Positions 14,685-26,263 of a stretch of 64,000 nt of DNA are shown here, piece by piece. The translations under genes and the position numbers were made by a program. Under the pieces are notes generated by a model. That model had not been told where the DNA came from. It searched no databases and was given only the letters and a program-made list of their open reading frames with translations. The number at the start of each line of letters is the position of its first letter. The stretch's first letter is position 1. The DNA comes from an uncultured virus (IMG/VR IMGVR_UViG_3300042502_001806) (taxonomy: Duplodnaviria; Heunggongvirae; Uroviricota; Caudoviricetes): the IMG/VR virus record IMGVR_UViG_3300042502_001806. One strand, 5' to 3'.

Positions 14685-16820
14685 ATGAAGAATACTAAGA
14701 ACAACATCGAAGGCAGAGATTATGTATCACCTGATATTAAAGCCGCTATTGACGATGATGATGAAGATAGTCCTTCCTTTAATTCTAGTTCGAGAAAACC
14801 AGACTCTAAGTCTAAAACTCCTGTACTAGACACTTATAGCCGTGACCTAACTAAAATGGCTGAAGAAGGAAAACTTGATGCTATCATTGGTCGTGAAAAA
14901 GAGATTGAGAGAGTTTCTCAAATTCTTTCTCGCAGAAAGAAAAACAATCCAATCTTAATTGGTGAACCAGGTGTAGGTAAATCTTCAATCGCTGAAGGAT
15001 TAGCACTAAGAATTATTCAAAGAAAAGTAAGCCGCATTCTTTTTAACAAAAGAATCGTAATGCTTGATTTAGCTTCTATGGTGGCTGGTACTAAGTACCG
15101 TGGTCAGTTTGAAGAACGTATCAAAGCTCTAATGGCTGAAATGGAGAAAGAACCAGACGTTATTCTTTTCATTGATGAAATTCACACTATTATCGGTGCC
15201 GGTGGTGCCTCTGGTTCATTAGATGCTTCTAATATGTTCAAACCTGCTTTAGCTCGTGGTGAAATTCAAATCATCGGTGCTACAACTTTGGATGAATACC
15301 GTAAGCATATTGAGAAAGATGGCGCTTTGGAAAGACGTTTTCAAAAAGTAATTGTTGAGCCAGCTTCTGCTGAAGAAACAATTCAAATCATTGCTAACAT
15401 CAAAGATAAGTATGAATCACATCACAATGTAGTTTATACTGAAGAAGCAATCAAAGCTTGTGTTGATTTAACTGATCGTTATGTTACCGATCGTTTCTTA
15501 CCAGACAAAGCTATTGATGCTTTAGATGAGGCTGGATCTCGTGTTCACATTTCAAATATTGTTGTTCCTAAAGTCATTACTGACATTGAGAATAAGATTG
15601 GAGAAATTAAAGAGAAAAAGAATCAAGTTATTCGTTCTCAGAAATATGAAGAAGCTGCTAAGTTAAGAGACGTTGAGCGTCAGCTTAATGAATCTTTGGA
15701 AGTTGAGAGAAAGAAATGGGAAGATGAATGTTCTAACAACAAACAAACAGTAACTGAAGACAATGTAGCAGAAGTCGTTTCGATGATGACTGGTATTCCT
15801 CTTCAAAAGGTATCTGAAAATGAAACCTCTAAACTTGGTAAAATGCAAGAATCTATCGTTGGTAAAGTTGTTGGTCAAGATGATGCTGTTAAGAAGATTG
15901 TTAAAGCGATTCAAAGAGGTCGTGTTGGTTTGAAAGACCCAAACAAACCAATCGGTTCATTTATGTTCTTAGGACCTACTGGTGTTGGTAAAACACAATT
16001 GGCTAAAGTTTTAGCTAAGTATCTATTTGACTCAGAAGATTCTTTAATTAGAATTGATATGTCTGAGTACATGGAGAAGTTTGCTGTATCTCGTTTGATT
16101 GGTGCGCCTCCAGGCTACGTTGGTCACGATGAAGGTGGACAATTAACTGAGAAAGTAAGACGTAAGCCTTACTCAGTAGTTCTTCTTGATGAGATTGAGA
16201 AAGCTCACCCAGAAGTTTTCAACTTGTTACTTCAAGTTCTTGACGATGGTCAGTTAACAGATTCTCTTGGTAGAAAAGTTAACTTTAAGAATACCATTAT
16301 CATTATGACTTCTAACACTGGTTCACGTCAGTTGAAAGAATTCGGAACTGGAGTGGGTTTCAATACTAAAACTAGAGAGTCTAAAGGTCAACAAGAGTCA
16401 AATTCAGTTATTGATAAAGAGTTGAAGAAGAAATTCGCACCTGAGTTCTTAAATCGTATTGATGATGTTGTAATGTTTAACTCACTTGTAAAAGAAGATA
16501 TTAATAAAATTATTAGTATTGAATTAGAGAAGTTAGTTAGTCGTGTTCAAAAGATGGATTTTGAATTAGAAATTACCGAAGGTGCTACTGATTATATCGC
16601 TTCTCAAGGATTTGACCCAGAATATGGTGCTAGACCTTTGAAGAGAGCTATTCAGAAGTATGTTGAAGATGTTCTAACAGAAGAAATCATCCAACAAAAC
16701 CCTGAAAAGATGTCTAAATTATTGTTAGATTACAATAAAGAAGACGACAAGATGGTTGTAGTAATTACTTCTCCACCAAAGAAGAAAGTTACTAGAAGGA
16801 AAAAAGATACTGACATTTAG
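14685..16820 (+). CDS. clpC: ClpC-type Hsp100 ATPase lacking the N-terminal Clp repeat domain
   Basis: Two AAA modules ([16 protein letters not shown]), UVR-like YEEAAKLRD coiled coil, GVGF ClpP-docking loop, GARPLKR. Confidence 0.93.
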   Translation: MKNTKNNIEGRDYVSPDIKAAIDDDDEDSPSFNSSSRKPDSKSKTPVLDTYSRDLTKMAEEGKLDAIIGREKEIERVSQILSRRKKNNPILIGEPGVGKSSIAEGLALRIIQRKVSRILFNKRIVMLDLASMVAGTKYRGQFEERIKALMAEMEKEPDVILFIDEIHTIIGAGGASGSLDASNMFKPALARGEIQIIGATTLDEYRKHIEKDGALERRFQKVIVEPASAEETIQIIANIKDKYESHHNVVYTEEAIKACVDLTDRYVTDRFLPDKAIDALDEAGSRVHISNIVVPKVITDIENKIGEIKEKKNQVIRSQKYEEAAKLRDVERQLNESLEVERKKWEDECSNNKQTVTEDNVAEVVSMMTGIPLQKVSENETSKLGKMQESIVGKVVGQDDAVKKIVKAIQRGRVGLKDPNKPIGSFMFLGPTGVGKTQLAKVLAKYLFDSEDSLIRIDMSEYMEKFAVSRLIGAPPGYVGHDEGGQLTEKVRRKPYSVVLLDEIEKAHPEVFNLLLQVLDDGQLTDSLGRKVNFKNTIIIMTSNTGSRQLKEFGTGVGFNTKTRESKGQQESNSVIDKELKKKFAPEFLNRIDDVVMFNSLVKEDINKIISIELEKLVSRVQKMDFELEITEGATDYIASQGFDPEYGARPLKRAIQKYVEDVLTEEIIQQNPEKMSKLLLDYNKEDDKMVVVITSPPKKKVTRRKKDTDI

Positions 16821-16828
16821 TAAGTATT

Positions 16829-16859
16829 AAAAAAAGAGAGTTGAAAAACTCTCTTTTTT
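16829..16859. terminator. Intrinsic terminator (bidirectional form)
   Basis: A-run, AGAGAGTT-gaaa-AACTCTCT, T-run. Confidence 0.8.
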
Positions 16860-16896
16860 ATTTTAAACAATTCCTATATTAATCAATATAAACCAA

Positions 16897-17817
16897 ATGG
16901 AACTTAATGCTAAAATTTTTGTTGCTGGTCATAATGGAATGGTTGGATCAGCAATAGTTAGGAAACTAACAGAACTTGGATATACAAATATTATAACATC
17001 CGATAGAAGTAAATTAAATTTACTTAACCAATCAGATGTTGACTCTTTTTTTAATATAACTTGTCCTGAATATGTTTTTCTTGCTGCTGCCAAAGTAGGT
17101 GGTATAAAAGCAAACAACGAAATGAAAGGTGATTTTATTTATGAGAATATTATGATTCAATCTAATATAATTAAATCTTCTAAAGACCACAATGTTAAAA
17201 AATTAATATTCTTAGGATCATCTTGTATTTATCCTAAGATGTCACCACAGCCAATTAAAGAAGAGTATTTATTAACTGGTTCATTAGAACCAACAAATGA
17301 TGCTTATGCTATTGCTAAGATTGCTGGTATTAAAATGTGTCAAAGCTTTAATCAACAGTATGGTACTAATTACATTTCTGTAATGCCTACTAATCTTTAC
17401 GGACCAAATGATAATTATGACTTAAACAATTCTCACGTTTTACCAGCAATGATTCGTAAATTTCACGAGGCTAAGTTAGAGGGTAAAGATAAAGTTGAAA
17501 TTTGGGGAACCGGAACACCAATGAGAGAATTTCTTTATGTAGATGATTTAGCTGATGCTTGTATTCATCTTATGTTAAACTATAATGGTAGTGAAGTAGT
17601 AAACATTGGCACTGGAGTAGATATAACAATAAAAGATTTAGCCCTAACAATAAAAGAAGTTGTTGGCTTTGAAGGTGATATTTATTTTAATACAGATATG
17701 CCTGATGGTACACCAAGAAAACTTTTAGATGTTTCTAGATTAAAAGATTTAGGTTGGGAATACAAAACCACTTTGAGAGAGGGGATAGAAAAAACATATA
17801 AAGATTATGTCAAATAA
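16897..17817 (+). CDS. fcl: GDP-L-fucose synthase
   Basis: [50 protein letters not shown]. Confidence 0.96.
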   Translation: MELNAKIFVAGHNGMVGSAIVRKLTELGYTNIITSDRSKLNLLNQSDVDSFFNITCPEYVFLAAAKVGGIKANNEMKGDFIYENIMIQSNIIKSSKDHNVKKLIFLGSSCIYPKMSPQPIKEEYLLTGSLEPTNDAYAIAKIAGIKMCQSFNQQYGTNYISVMPTNLYGPNDNYDLNNSHVLPAMIRKFHEAKLEGKDKVEIWGTGTPMREFLYVDDLADACIHLMLNYNGSEVVNIGTGVDITIKDLALTIKEVVGFEGDIYFNTDMPDGTPRKLLDVSRLKDLGWEYKTTLREGIEKTYKDYVK

Positions 17818-18835
17818 GAAAGCATTTATAACAGGTATAACAGGTCAAGATGGATCATACTTAGCCGAGTTATTACTAGAAAAAGGATATGAAGTTCATG
17901 GTATTGTTAGAAGATCATCTACTATCAATACTGGTAGAATTAATCATATCTATAACAAAATTAAATTACACTATGGTGATATGACTGATTCACTTTGTCT
18001 TGATAGACTTATGAGTGAAATTAAACCAGATGAGATTTATCACTTAGCAGCACAGTCACATGTAAAAGTATCATTTGAATTACCAGAATATACTGGTCAA
18101 GTTGATGCTATGGGTACACTTAGATTTATCGAAGCTTATAGAAAGCATTGTCCTAATGCTAGATTCTATAATGCCTGTACATCAGAAATGTATGGTTTGG
18201 TTAAAGAAGTGCCTCAAACAGAAGTAACACCTTTTCACCCAAGAAGTCCTTATGGTGTTGCTAAATTATATTCATTCTGGATATGTAAAAACTACAGAGA
18301 AGCTTATGGTTTACATATTAGTAATGGTATTCTTTTTAATCACGAAGGTGAAAGAAGAGGTGAAACATTTGTTACTCGTAAAATCACTTTAGCATTAGGA
18401 GAGATTAAAAGATGTTTAGATAACGGTCAAGAATTTCCTAAATTAAGATTAGGTAATCTTTACTCTAAAAGAGATTGGGGTTATGCTAAAGACTTTGTTT
18501 ATGGTATGTGGTTAATGTTACAACAAGACAAACCAGATGATTATGTTCTTTCAACTAATGAAACACACACAATTAAAGAGTTTGTTGAATTGGCTTGTAA
18601 AGAATGTGGTTGGAACATAACTTGGGAAGGTGAAGGAGAAAATGAGAAAGGTTTAGTAGATGGATTAGTTATAGTAGAATTAGATAAAAAGTATTTGAGA
18701 CCGTCTGAGGTTGATTTACTTATTGGTGATTATACAAAAGCTAAAACTGTTTTAGGATGGGAACCTAAAGTTAAATTTGAAGAGTTAGTGAAAATCATGA
18801 TGGAGCATGATATTAAAAATATAAATAGTATATGA
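17807..18835 (+). CDS. gmd: GDP-mannose 4,6-dehydratase
   Basis: [43 protein letters not shown]. Confidence 0.97.
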   Translation: MSNKKAFITGITGQDGSYLAELLLEKGYEVHGIVRRSSTINTGRINHIYNKIKLHYGDMTDSLCLDRLMSEIKPDEIYHLAAQSHVKVSFELPEYTGQVDAMGTLRFIEAYRKHCPNARFYNACTSEMYGLVKEVPQTEVTPFHPRSPYGVAKLYSFWICKNYREAYGLHISNGILFNHEGERRGETFVTRKITLALGEIKRCLDNGQEFPKLRLGNLYSKRDWGYAKDFVYGMWLMLQQDKPDDYVLSTNETHTIKEFVELACKECGWNITWEGEGENEKGLVDGLVIVELDKKYLRPSEVDLLIGDYTKAKTVLGWEPKVKFEELVKIMMEHDIKNINSI

Positions 18836-19533
18836 TACATATTTTATGGTGTACACTAAGACCTGCTCAGTTTCAACACGCACACACAGAATGGATTAAA
18901 AGAGCTGATAATCCAGAAAACATACAAACTTATGTTGCTGTTAATTGGAAAGAACACGCTGATCAATTAAGAGATTACTTAAAGAAAAATTATCTAATAA
19001 CAGTTAATACTAATAAGATTGGTGTTTGTTACCCATCTTATGAGCTATCTTCTAAATTGGGAATTAAAATGGGTGTAGCAAATGATGGTGATATTGTTAT
19101 TTTTGCTTCTGATGATTTTATGGCACCTCAAGGTTGGGACACTTATTTAATTAATAAGTTAAATGACAAAGGAGATGTTGGTTTAATGGTTAGAGATGGT
19201 TATCAATTACCTGATTCATCTAACATGTTACACGCAGCAATTACAATTCCTATCATGACTTATGGTTGCTTGAAGAAATTAAATATGACTATCTATCATC
19301 CGGCTTATAATCATATGTTCTCTGATTGTGAGTTGTATAATAATCTAAAAGACTTAGAGTTATTATATGATGATAGAATAAATGATACTACAGTATTTGA
19401 ACATTTACATTATGCTGCTGGTAAAAGAAATGCCGATCAGGCGGACCAAGCTTATAATGCTAAATGGGTGGAAGATGAAGTAACTTGGAATAATAGAAAA
19501 TTATTACCAGTGGAAAAAAGAATAGAAATATAA
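18832..19533 (+). CDS. GT-A fold glycosyltransferase-like protein
   Basis: ASDD (DxD-like), GWD, FSDCEL, EHLH; located in the sugar operon. Confidence 0.6.
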   Translation: MIHILWCTLRPAQFQHAHTEWIKRADNPENIQTYVAVNWKEHADQLRDYLKKNYLITVNTNKIGVCYPSYELSSKLGIKMGVANDGDIVIFASDDFMAPQGWDTYLINKLNDKGDVGLMVRDGYQLPDSSNMLHAAITIPIMTYGCLKKLNMTIYHPAYNHMFSDCELYNNLKDLELLYDDRINDTTVFEHLHYAAGKRNADQADQAYNAKWVEDEVTWNNRKLLPVEKRIEI

Positions 19534-19534
19534 A

Positions 19535-20308
19535 ATGACAGACATTTTTATCAAAACATACCCAGGTGATTTTATTTGGTTGGAGTATTGTATCAAAAGT
19601 ATTGAAAAATTTGTAACAGGCTTTAGAGACATTGTTATTGTTACAGATAGTGAAACAGAATTAAAAATTGATTCTAACCTTCCAATTAAAATCTTTTATG
19701 AAGATTTACCAAACGAAACACATCCTTGTCCAGTTGGCATTGGATATGCTTGGGCTCAAAGCGTAAAGTTAAATTGGACAAAGTACACAGATGCTGACTA
19801 TATTCTTCAAATTGATAGTGATACTATGTTTACTAATAACATAGATATGTCTTATTATCAAATTGATGAAAAAATTAAATGGTTTTATAGAGAGTGGTCC
19901 GAATCAGGTGAAGGTGAGATTCATAGAGTTCCTACTGATTTTTTTATTAAAAGAGAATCTACAAGAGATCATATGCCTGCTCCAACTTGGTTTTTTTCTA
20001 GAAAAACTACAGAACTATTTCAAAATTGGGTTAATGAAAATTGGGGTGGTATTTGGAATTATCTAAATGTACATGCTAGACAATTATGGACTATGGATTT
20101 AGATTTTCAATCTAATCATATTCATACTCACAAAGGTTGGGGTTCTTGTGAATATCATATGTATGGTAATTTTATAGAATTTTTTTATCCTGACGAATAT
20201 CAATTAGTACATTCGAGTCAATATGGTGTTCCTATTAGACAATCTTGGTCATGGGGCGGCTTAAAGGAAGATGAGATTAAATTTAGAGAAGAATTATTAA
20301 GTAAGTAA
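19535..20308 (+). CDS. Putative glycosyltransferase (DUF6492-like)
   Basis: IKSIEKF, GYxxxQxxKL, IDSD, EYxxYG. Confidence 0.55.
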   Translation: MTDIFIKTYPGDFIWLEYCIKSIEKFVTGFRDIVIVTDSETELKIDSNLPIKIFYEDLPNETHPCPVGIGYAWAQSVKLNWTKYTDADYILQIDSDTMFTNNIDMSYYQIDEKIKWFYREWSESGEGEIHRVPTDFFIKRESTRDHMPAPTWFFSRKTTELFQNWVNENWGGIWNYLNVHARQLWTMDLDFQSNHIHTHKGWGSCEYHMYGNFIEFFYPDEYQLVHSSQYGVPIRQSWSWGGLKEDEIKFREELLSK

Positions 20309-21813
20309 TGAATGTTTTCACAACTATAAATCCTAATGGTAATTTTGAAGCTCAAAATGAAGCTATGTCTTCTTGGGCTTTAAAATTTACTATTTATTCT
20401 GTTAATACAAAAAATGATATTGATAAAGTTAAAGATTTATATCCATATGTTAATTTTATAGAAACAGAAGATACTTATATTTATAAAGGAAAAGAATTAA
20501 TAAAGTTAAATGCGTTACTTGAAGCTATTAAGAGTTCTGATAAAGAATATGCTTGTATAGTAAACTCTGATATTATATTAAACTCTAGTATAGATATAAG
20601 TGATTTATTAAAAAACAAATATTTAGATAAAGGTTTAATAATAGCAACTAGATATGAAATAGATGGTGAGAAAGAACCATATCCATTTACTTCTGGTTAT
20701 GATATATTTATATTTAATAAAAAAAATGTAAATCTATTTTTAAATAAAAACTATGTTATTGGAATGCCTTGGTGGGATTATTGGGTTCCAATTATTTCAA
20801 ATAAAAATTCATTTACTATCTATCATATAAATAGTAAATTAATTTATCATAAAACACATCAAACTAACTATGATGGTGATGTTTGGAATGAGTTTGGTCA
20901 AAGTTTATATAAAGACATAGTATCAAAAAAAGGATTTTGGTCAACAGCTGATGGTAAAGTAGTTAATGATATAAAAAATTACGCTGATATATACTCATTT
21001 TGTACAAGTATTAAAAAATTTATAGAAAAAGAACAGATAAATATAAACCTATCTGAAAAAAAAGAAAAACTAAACATGAAGATAGTATTTTTCACCACAT
21101 CAACATTTTCAGATATTCAAGAAACTCAATCTGAATGTATTAATAAATTATTTCCCGAAAGTGATCACATTAAAATTGATGGTAGAACTGGTTGGTTTAC
21201 TGTTTGGTATGAGTGGTTAAATAGGTCATATAAATATGTAGCTGATTGGTATGTTCATATTGATGAAGATTGTTTTATCACCTCAAGAGATGAGATAGAA
21301 AATCTAATTCAATATATGATTAAAAATAATCTAGATATTGCCGGTCCACCTGATGGATATTTTGAATATAGAGGTGGTAACAATATGGCTTTTAATTCAT
21401 TTTTTATGATAATGAATAGAAAGTGTATTGATACTTGGTTTAATAGAACGTCTATACCTCAATTTAAACAGGAATGGATAGAAGAGTATCCTTATGAAAA
21501 AAAAGGAGGTGTTAATTATGAGTATAATATGGAGTTTGGTACTTCTGGTAAACCGCTTGGTTTAATATGGAAACCCTGTACTGAACCATATTATGATTTT
21601 ATGTGGGTTTTAAAAGAAGCCGGTATTAAATTCCATTATTTAGAACCAATTTTTGGTGATGAATTTCAAACAACTAACTTATTAAATAATACAATATATC
21701 ATATGTGGCATCAAAGAGAAAGATGGGTTGATAGAATTGTTTCACCTGTTCATAAAATGACTAACAAACAAAGATTTGATGGTATGATTGAAAAAATTAA
21801 AAAAACAATATGA
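20308..21813 (+). CDS. Two-domain putative glycosyltransferase fusion
   Basis: N-domain NSDI/GYD/PWWDYW; second domain starting MKIVFFTT with IDED. Confidence 0.55.
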   Translation: MNVFTTINPNGNFEAQNEAMSSWALKFTIYSVNTKNDIDKVKDLYPYVNFIETEDTYIYKGKELIKLNALLEAIKSSDKEYACIVNSDIILNSSIDISDLLKNKYLDKGLIIATRYEIDGEKEPYPFTSGYDIFIFNKKNVNLFLNKNYVIGMPWWDYWVPIISNKNSFTIYHINSKLIYHKTHQTNYDGDVWNEFGQSLYKDIVSKKGFWSTADGKVVNDIKNYADIYSFCTSIKKFIEKEQININLSEKKEKLNMKIVFFTTSTFSDIQETQSECINKLFPESDHIKIDGRTGWFTVWYEWLNRSYKYVADWYVHIDEDCFITSRDEIENLIQYMIKNNLDIAGPPDGYFEYRGGNNMAFNSFFMIMNRKCIDTWFNRTSIPQFKQEWIEEYPYEKKGGVNYEYNMEFGTSGKPLGLIWKPCTEPYYDFMWVLKEAGIKFHYLEPIFGDEFQTTNLLNNTIYHMWHQRERWVDRIVSPVHKMTNKQRFDGMIEKIKKTI

Positions 21814-22655
21814 ATGTAGTTTCAGTTCAAATTTATTCCGACCAAAATACACCTTGGGATAGATCAAAAATTGATTTCCCAATTAACATAGAAGATACTA
21901 ATTGGCCCGGTAATGGTTGTGGTCTTTGTAATCAAATATTTAAACTTATTAATACTATAGCTTTTAATAATGGACATGATATTTATGTAGATTTATTCTC
22001 TAAAGATTATTCAAGAGGTAATACTATATGTGCTTCTGATATATTTAATTTAGAAGAGATGCGTAAGTTAGGACATAGATTATATGATATTGTTGATATG
22101 GATTATAATCAAAACTATGTAATTAAAACATATCCTGGAGTTTATATGTTATATCATATGAATAAAGATTATTTTATCAATATTGTTAAAAGTCTAAGAT
22201 TTAATAGTAAATATGAAAATATATCAAAGAATATCTTAGTTAATAAAGACCTATCAAATAAATTAGTAAATTTAGTACACTTGAGGATAGATATTGATTT
22301 TAAAAATCATGTAGTATCAACGAGTAGTTTAGAAAACTACTTAAATATCATTGAAAGGTATAGAGAACAAATATATATGAACTGTGATAATTCAATACCA
22401 CTTGTTTTATTGCTAGAAGAAACTGACCATTCATTTGTAAAAGAGTTACAAAAAGATTATGATGTTTATATGTTTGAAAAGTCAGAAGTATTAAGTGTTG
22501 ATAATAAAATAGAAGGTAGAGAAATATTTGCTTTAGTTGACTTACTTACAGCAAAAGAATTAACTATTGATAAATTTATTGGACTCGAAGGTAGTACTTT
22601 TTCTTTGATATTAAATTATCTAATAGAATGTAAAAAATCAATTATTTTAAAATGA
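21810..22655 (+). CDS. O-fucosyltransferase-like GT-B protein
   Basis: GLCNQ, VHLRID, A-x-VD, FIGxxGSTFS. Confidence 0.65.
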   Translation: MNVVSVQIYSDQNTPWDRSKIDFPINIEDTNWPGNGCGLCNQIFKLINTIAFNNGHDIYVDLFSKDYSRGNTICASDIFNLEEMRKLGHRLYDIVDMDYNQNYVIKTYPGVYMLYHMNKDYFINIVKSLRFNSKYENISKNILVNKDLSNKLVNLVHLRIDIDFKNHVVSTSSLENYLNIIERYREQIYMNCDNSIPLVLLLEETDHSFVKELQKDYDVYMFEKSEVLSVDNKIEGREIFALVDLLTAKELTIDKFIGLEGSTFSLILNYLIECKKSIILK

Positions 22656-23269
22656 AATTATATGTAATATTCACACCTTCACATAGAAATCTATATGAAG
22701 ATTATTTTTTAAAAACTCTTCCTAATGAGTTTGAATTAATTCCCATAGAGATTCCTCAGGAATGTCCAACTGGTGAATTCTACAAAGAGGGTTGGGATAA
22801 AACCTGCTATAGAAAAGTAGAGTTGTTTCATAAAGCATGTGAAGAAAATCAAGGAGAGTTATATGCCTTTTCTGATGTTGATATTCAATTTTTTGGAAAT
22901 ATCAAAGAAACTATGATAGAAGAATTAGGTGATTATGATATAGCTTGTCAAAATGATACGGGTCAATTTTATTGTTCGGGTTTTTTTATTTGTAGAGGAA
23001 ATGAAAGAACATTAAATATGTTCTCTGAGATGAAGAAAAATTACGAAGGGGAAGACCAAACAACATTAAATAGACATATTCATATGGTTAAGTCAAAGTT
23101 TTTATCTAGAAAGTTTTTTACAATTGGTCATATTGTAGGTCTTTGGAATGGACAAGAGTTTAATATACCTTATCCTATATTAGTACATCACTCAAATTGG
23201 ACATCTGGTATTGAAAACAAAATTAAACTATTAGATATAGTTAGAAAAAAAGTAGAAAATAATGGATAA
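22652..23269 (+). CDS. Nucleotide-diphospho-sugar transferase (GT77-like)
   Basis: FSDVDI, CSGF, DQ, HSNW...K. Confidence 0.7.
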   Translation: MKLYVIFTPSHRNLYEDYFLKTLPNEFELIPIEIPQECPTGEFYKEGWDKTCYRKVELFHKACEENQGELYAFSDVDIQFFGNIKETMIEELGDYDIACQNDTGQFYCSGFFICRGNERTLNMFSEMKKNYEGEDQTTLNRHIHMVKSKFLSRKFFTIGHIVGLWNGQEFNIPYPILVHHSNWTSGIENKIKLLDIVRKKVENNG

Positions 23270-24113
23270 TTATCAAAAACATTTAATTGAAATATTTTCT
23301 AATTTTAGACCTAGTCCTAAATACCCAACATATCCACCGTACCATGAGGGTTTATATTTAGAAGACTATTTCTTTGATTATTTTACAAAAAATGATATAC
23401 AAACTGATAGATATTATATTCCAGTTTTTTGGACAACTTGTTATGTGGATAACTGTTTTAATGGATTACAAGAATTAATTAATACATTGGATCCTAATCT
23501 TAAATACTTTACAGTAGCTCAACACGATGATGCTATTAGAGAAAGATTACCAATAGATACAATTTCATTTAATGCGGGTGGTAATGGTGGTGGTATTCCT
23601 ATTCCATTAGTTTGTTCACCAATAAAAGATGAAGTGAAACCTAAGTTAGAAAAAGATATATTTTGTTCATTTGTTGGTTCGATAACACATCCAATTAGAA
23701 ATATGATGTATCATACTTTAGTTAATAATCCAAAGTATGTAATATCAGCTAGAAACTGGACATCATCTGTTTCAGAAAATGACTTTAATAATTTCATTAA
23801 TATAACATCTAGAAGTTTTTTTTGTTTAGCACCAAGAGGTTATGGTAGAAGTTCTTTTAGATTATATGAAGCAATTCAATTAGGTTCAATACCTGTCTTT
23901 ATTTATGACCATAAGTGGCTACCATTTGAAGATGAAATAGATTGGAATCAGTTTTGTGTTTTGATTGATGTTAATGATATTCAAAATATAGATACTATTT
24001 TATCAAGTTATACACCAGATAGAATCAAACAAATACAAGATAATTTGTATAACTACTGGGTAGATAATTTTACAATGAAATCTATTTGTCAAAAAATAAT
24101 TAATAGAATATGA
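23262..24113 (+). CDS. Exostosin-family glycosyltransferase (GT47-like)
   Basis: FCLAPRGYGRSSFRLYEAIQLGSIPV, LPFEDEIDW. Confidence 0.85.
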   Translation: MDNYQKHLIEIFSNFRPSPKYPTYPPYHEGLYLEDYFFDYFTKNDIQTDRYYIPVFWTTCYVDNCFNGLQELINTLDPNLKYFTVAQHDDAIRERLPIDTISFNAGGNGGGIPIPLVCSPIKDEVKPKLEKDIFCSFVGSITHPIRNMMYHTLVNNPKYVISARNWTSSVSENDFNNFINITSRSFFCLAPRGYGRSSFRLYEAIQLGSIPVFIYDHKWLPFEDEIDWNQFCVLIDVNDIQNIDTILSSYTPDRIKQIQDNLYNYWVDNFTMKSICQKIINRI

Positions 24114-24895
24114 AAAAATACTTAATGGTAATTGCTAGATATAAAGATTGGAGACAAGAATTTTTTGAAACTCACATGTCTCCTAGAAATAAAGAGTATT
24201 GTGAGTTACACAATTTTGAATATATTGAAATTAAAAATGATGTAGATTTAGAGTTGTTTAGAGGAAATCCAACTTGGTGGAAATTCACAATTGTTAGAGA
24301 TATGATAAACTCTGGTAAATTAAAAGATGGTGATATTCTAACTCACTTAGATGCTGATATGGCTATTAATGATATGAGTATTGACTACTCTACTAAAAAA
24401 TCATTCTCATACTCTATAGATTCTGGAAATACACATTGTATGGGTTCTTACTCTATAAAGATAAATGAATGGAGTAAAAGAATGATAGATTTAATATTAG
24501 ATGAAGAAAGATATAAATTATTAAATGATCAAGTTACACAACATGATTACTTTGGACATTTTTCAAGTTTTTGGCACGAGTTCAGAGAACAAGCTTCTTG
24601 GTATTCATTGTGTGGTGTGAAAAGACATTCACAAGAACCTTTTTGGAATTTATCTAATTATGGATGGCATTCAAATAAAACTGATAACACTATCTATACT
24701 ATAGATGAGTTAAATGAAAATGTTGAGATATTACCAACAGAGTGGAATGTTACTGAAATGGAAGGTGAATCAAATTGTATGTTTTTAATTAACAAAGTTA
24801 AAAAAGAAGATGTGTTTATTAGACATTTTGCTGGTGGTCAGCCTTGGAGAAAAGAATGGTTTGAAAATAAAGAAATAACGAAATATGAAATATAA
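24110..24895 (+). CDS. GT34-like glycosyltransferase
   Basis: YCELHNFEY, WWK, LDAD, EQ, WN, RHFAG. Confidence 0.65.
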   Translation: MKKYLMVIARYKDWRQEFFETHMSPRNKEYCELHNFEYIEIKNDVDLELFRGNPTWWKFTIVRDMINSGKLKDGDILTHLDADMAINDMSIDYSTKKSFSYSIDSGNTHCMGSYSIKINEWSKRMIDLILDEERYKLLNDQVTQHDYFGHFSSFWHEFREQASWYSLCGVKRHSQEPFWNLSNYGWHSNKTDNTIYTIDELNENVEILPTEWNVTEMEGESNCMFLINKVKKEDVFIRHFAGGQPWRKEWFENKEITKYEI

Positions 24896-25484
24896 TACAC
24901 ACGACTGGAAAGGATTTTTAATAAATGATTTAATATCTGATCTAAACTATAAATCTTATCTAGAATTAGGTGTTTCTATTGGTGAATCTTGGAAATTAAT
25001 TTCTTGTCAAAATAAAATTGGAGTTGATAATAATATAAATGTTGCGAATGAATTTGATGGTGTTATACATGCTACAACAGATGATTACTTTTTAAATAAT
25101 AAAGATAAATTTGATTTAATTTATATAGATGCTCTTCATGAAAAAAATCAAGTATATAAAGATTTTAAAAATAGCTTTAATGTATTGAATGATTCTGGTG
25201 TAATAATTTTTCACGATGTAAATCCTTTTGATATAAGTCAAACACATTTTAATAGTTCTGGTGATGTTTTTGAACTATGGATAGAATTAGCAAAGACATA
25301 CAAAGTTTATATAATTAAAAATGAATATGATGGTGATTCTGTTGGGATATTTATAAAAAGTGAAAATTCTAAATTTATCGATATTGAAGTAAAAGATTAC
25401 ACATATCAATTTTTTTCAGAAAATAGAGAAGATTTTATATCATATTTAAACTATGAGGAAATAATTAATAAAATTAAACTATGA
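24885..25484 (+). CDS. Class I SAM-dependent methyltransferase (Methyltransf_24-like)
   Basis: YLELGV, DLIYIDALH, GVIIFHD. Confidence 0.85.
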   Translation: MKYNTHDWKGFLINDLISDLNYKSYLELGVSIGESWKLISCQNKIGVDNNINVANEFDGVIHATTDDYFLNNKDKFDLIYIDALHEKNQVYKDFKNSFNVLNDSGVIIFHDVNPFDISQTHFNSSGDVFELWIELAKTYKVYIIKNEYDGDSVGIFIKSENSKFIDIEVKDYTYQFFSENREDFISYLNYEEIINKIKL

Positions 25485-26245
25485 ATAAAATAGAAGAAGT
25501 TACCATATGCCTACATTGTGGGTGTTCAGAAGAAATAGTTAATAGACAAATTGAACTTTTAGGTCCACTATCTGAACATTATAAAATACACTGGAATAAT
25601 CGTATAAATAGACATCCAGAATCTTATGATTCATATTCTGAATTAATAAATGATTGTGTTGCTACATCACCTACCGAATATATAATATTTATAAATGATA
25701 GAACAACACCATATGCTAGTGATGCTAAACATATGTTAGAATTATTAGAAGATGGTTATGCTGCTGTGACTAAATATAGTGTTGGATTTATGGCATTCTC
25801 GAAAGAGTTAATAAGACAGATAGGATGGTGGGATGAGAGATATTATGGTGGTGGTTATGAAGATGATGATTTTGTCTTGAAATTAAGATTACATAATTTA
25901 TCATATTATGAGTCTTTAGAAGGAACTTATGATATGAGTTGGAAAAGTCCATTACAACCAGAAGATGGTAAAGCTTGTTCTAAATCAGAACCGTTTTTTA
26001 ATTCAAAATGGAATAAAACGGATAATGAGATTACTAGAATAGTAGCCGAAGAGGAATATGAAAAATATAAAGGAAAACTAGGTAATAGTAGAGAAGATAT
26101 ATCTTCAAATTGGAAAGATTGGAGTCATTCTAAAATAGGAGTCTTTTTTGAAGAAAGAAGAATAACAAATGGAGCAGGTCCTTCTAGGACACATCACTTT
26201 AGAAATGGTGATATTGAATTTAGAAAAGTAGTTTCAAATGTATAA
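25481..26245 (+). CDS. GT2/GT7-like glycosyltransferase
   Basis: IGWWDERYYGGGYEDDDF. Confidence 0.75.
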   Translation: MNKIEEVTICLHCGCSEEIVNRQIELLGPLSEHYKIHWNNRINRHPESYDSYSELINDCVATSPTEYIIFINDRTTPYASDAKHMLELLEDGYAAVTKYSVGFMAFSKELIRQIGWWDERYYGGGYEDDDFVLKLRLHNLSYYESLEGTYDMSWKSPLQPEDGKACSKSEPFFNSKWNKTDNEITRIVAEEEYEKYKGKLGNSREDISSNWKDWSHSKIGVFFEERRITNGAGPSRTHHFRNGDIEFRKVVSNV

Positions 26246-26263
26246 AAATAATAGAAAATAATA

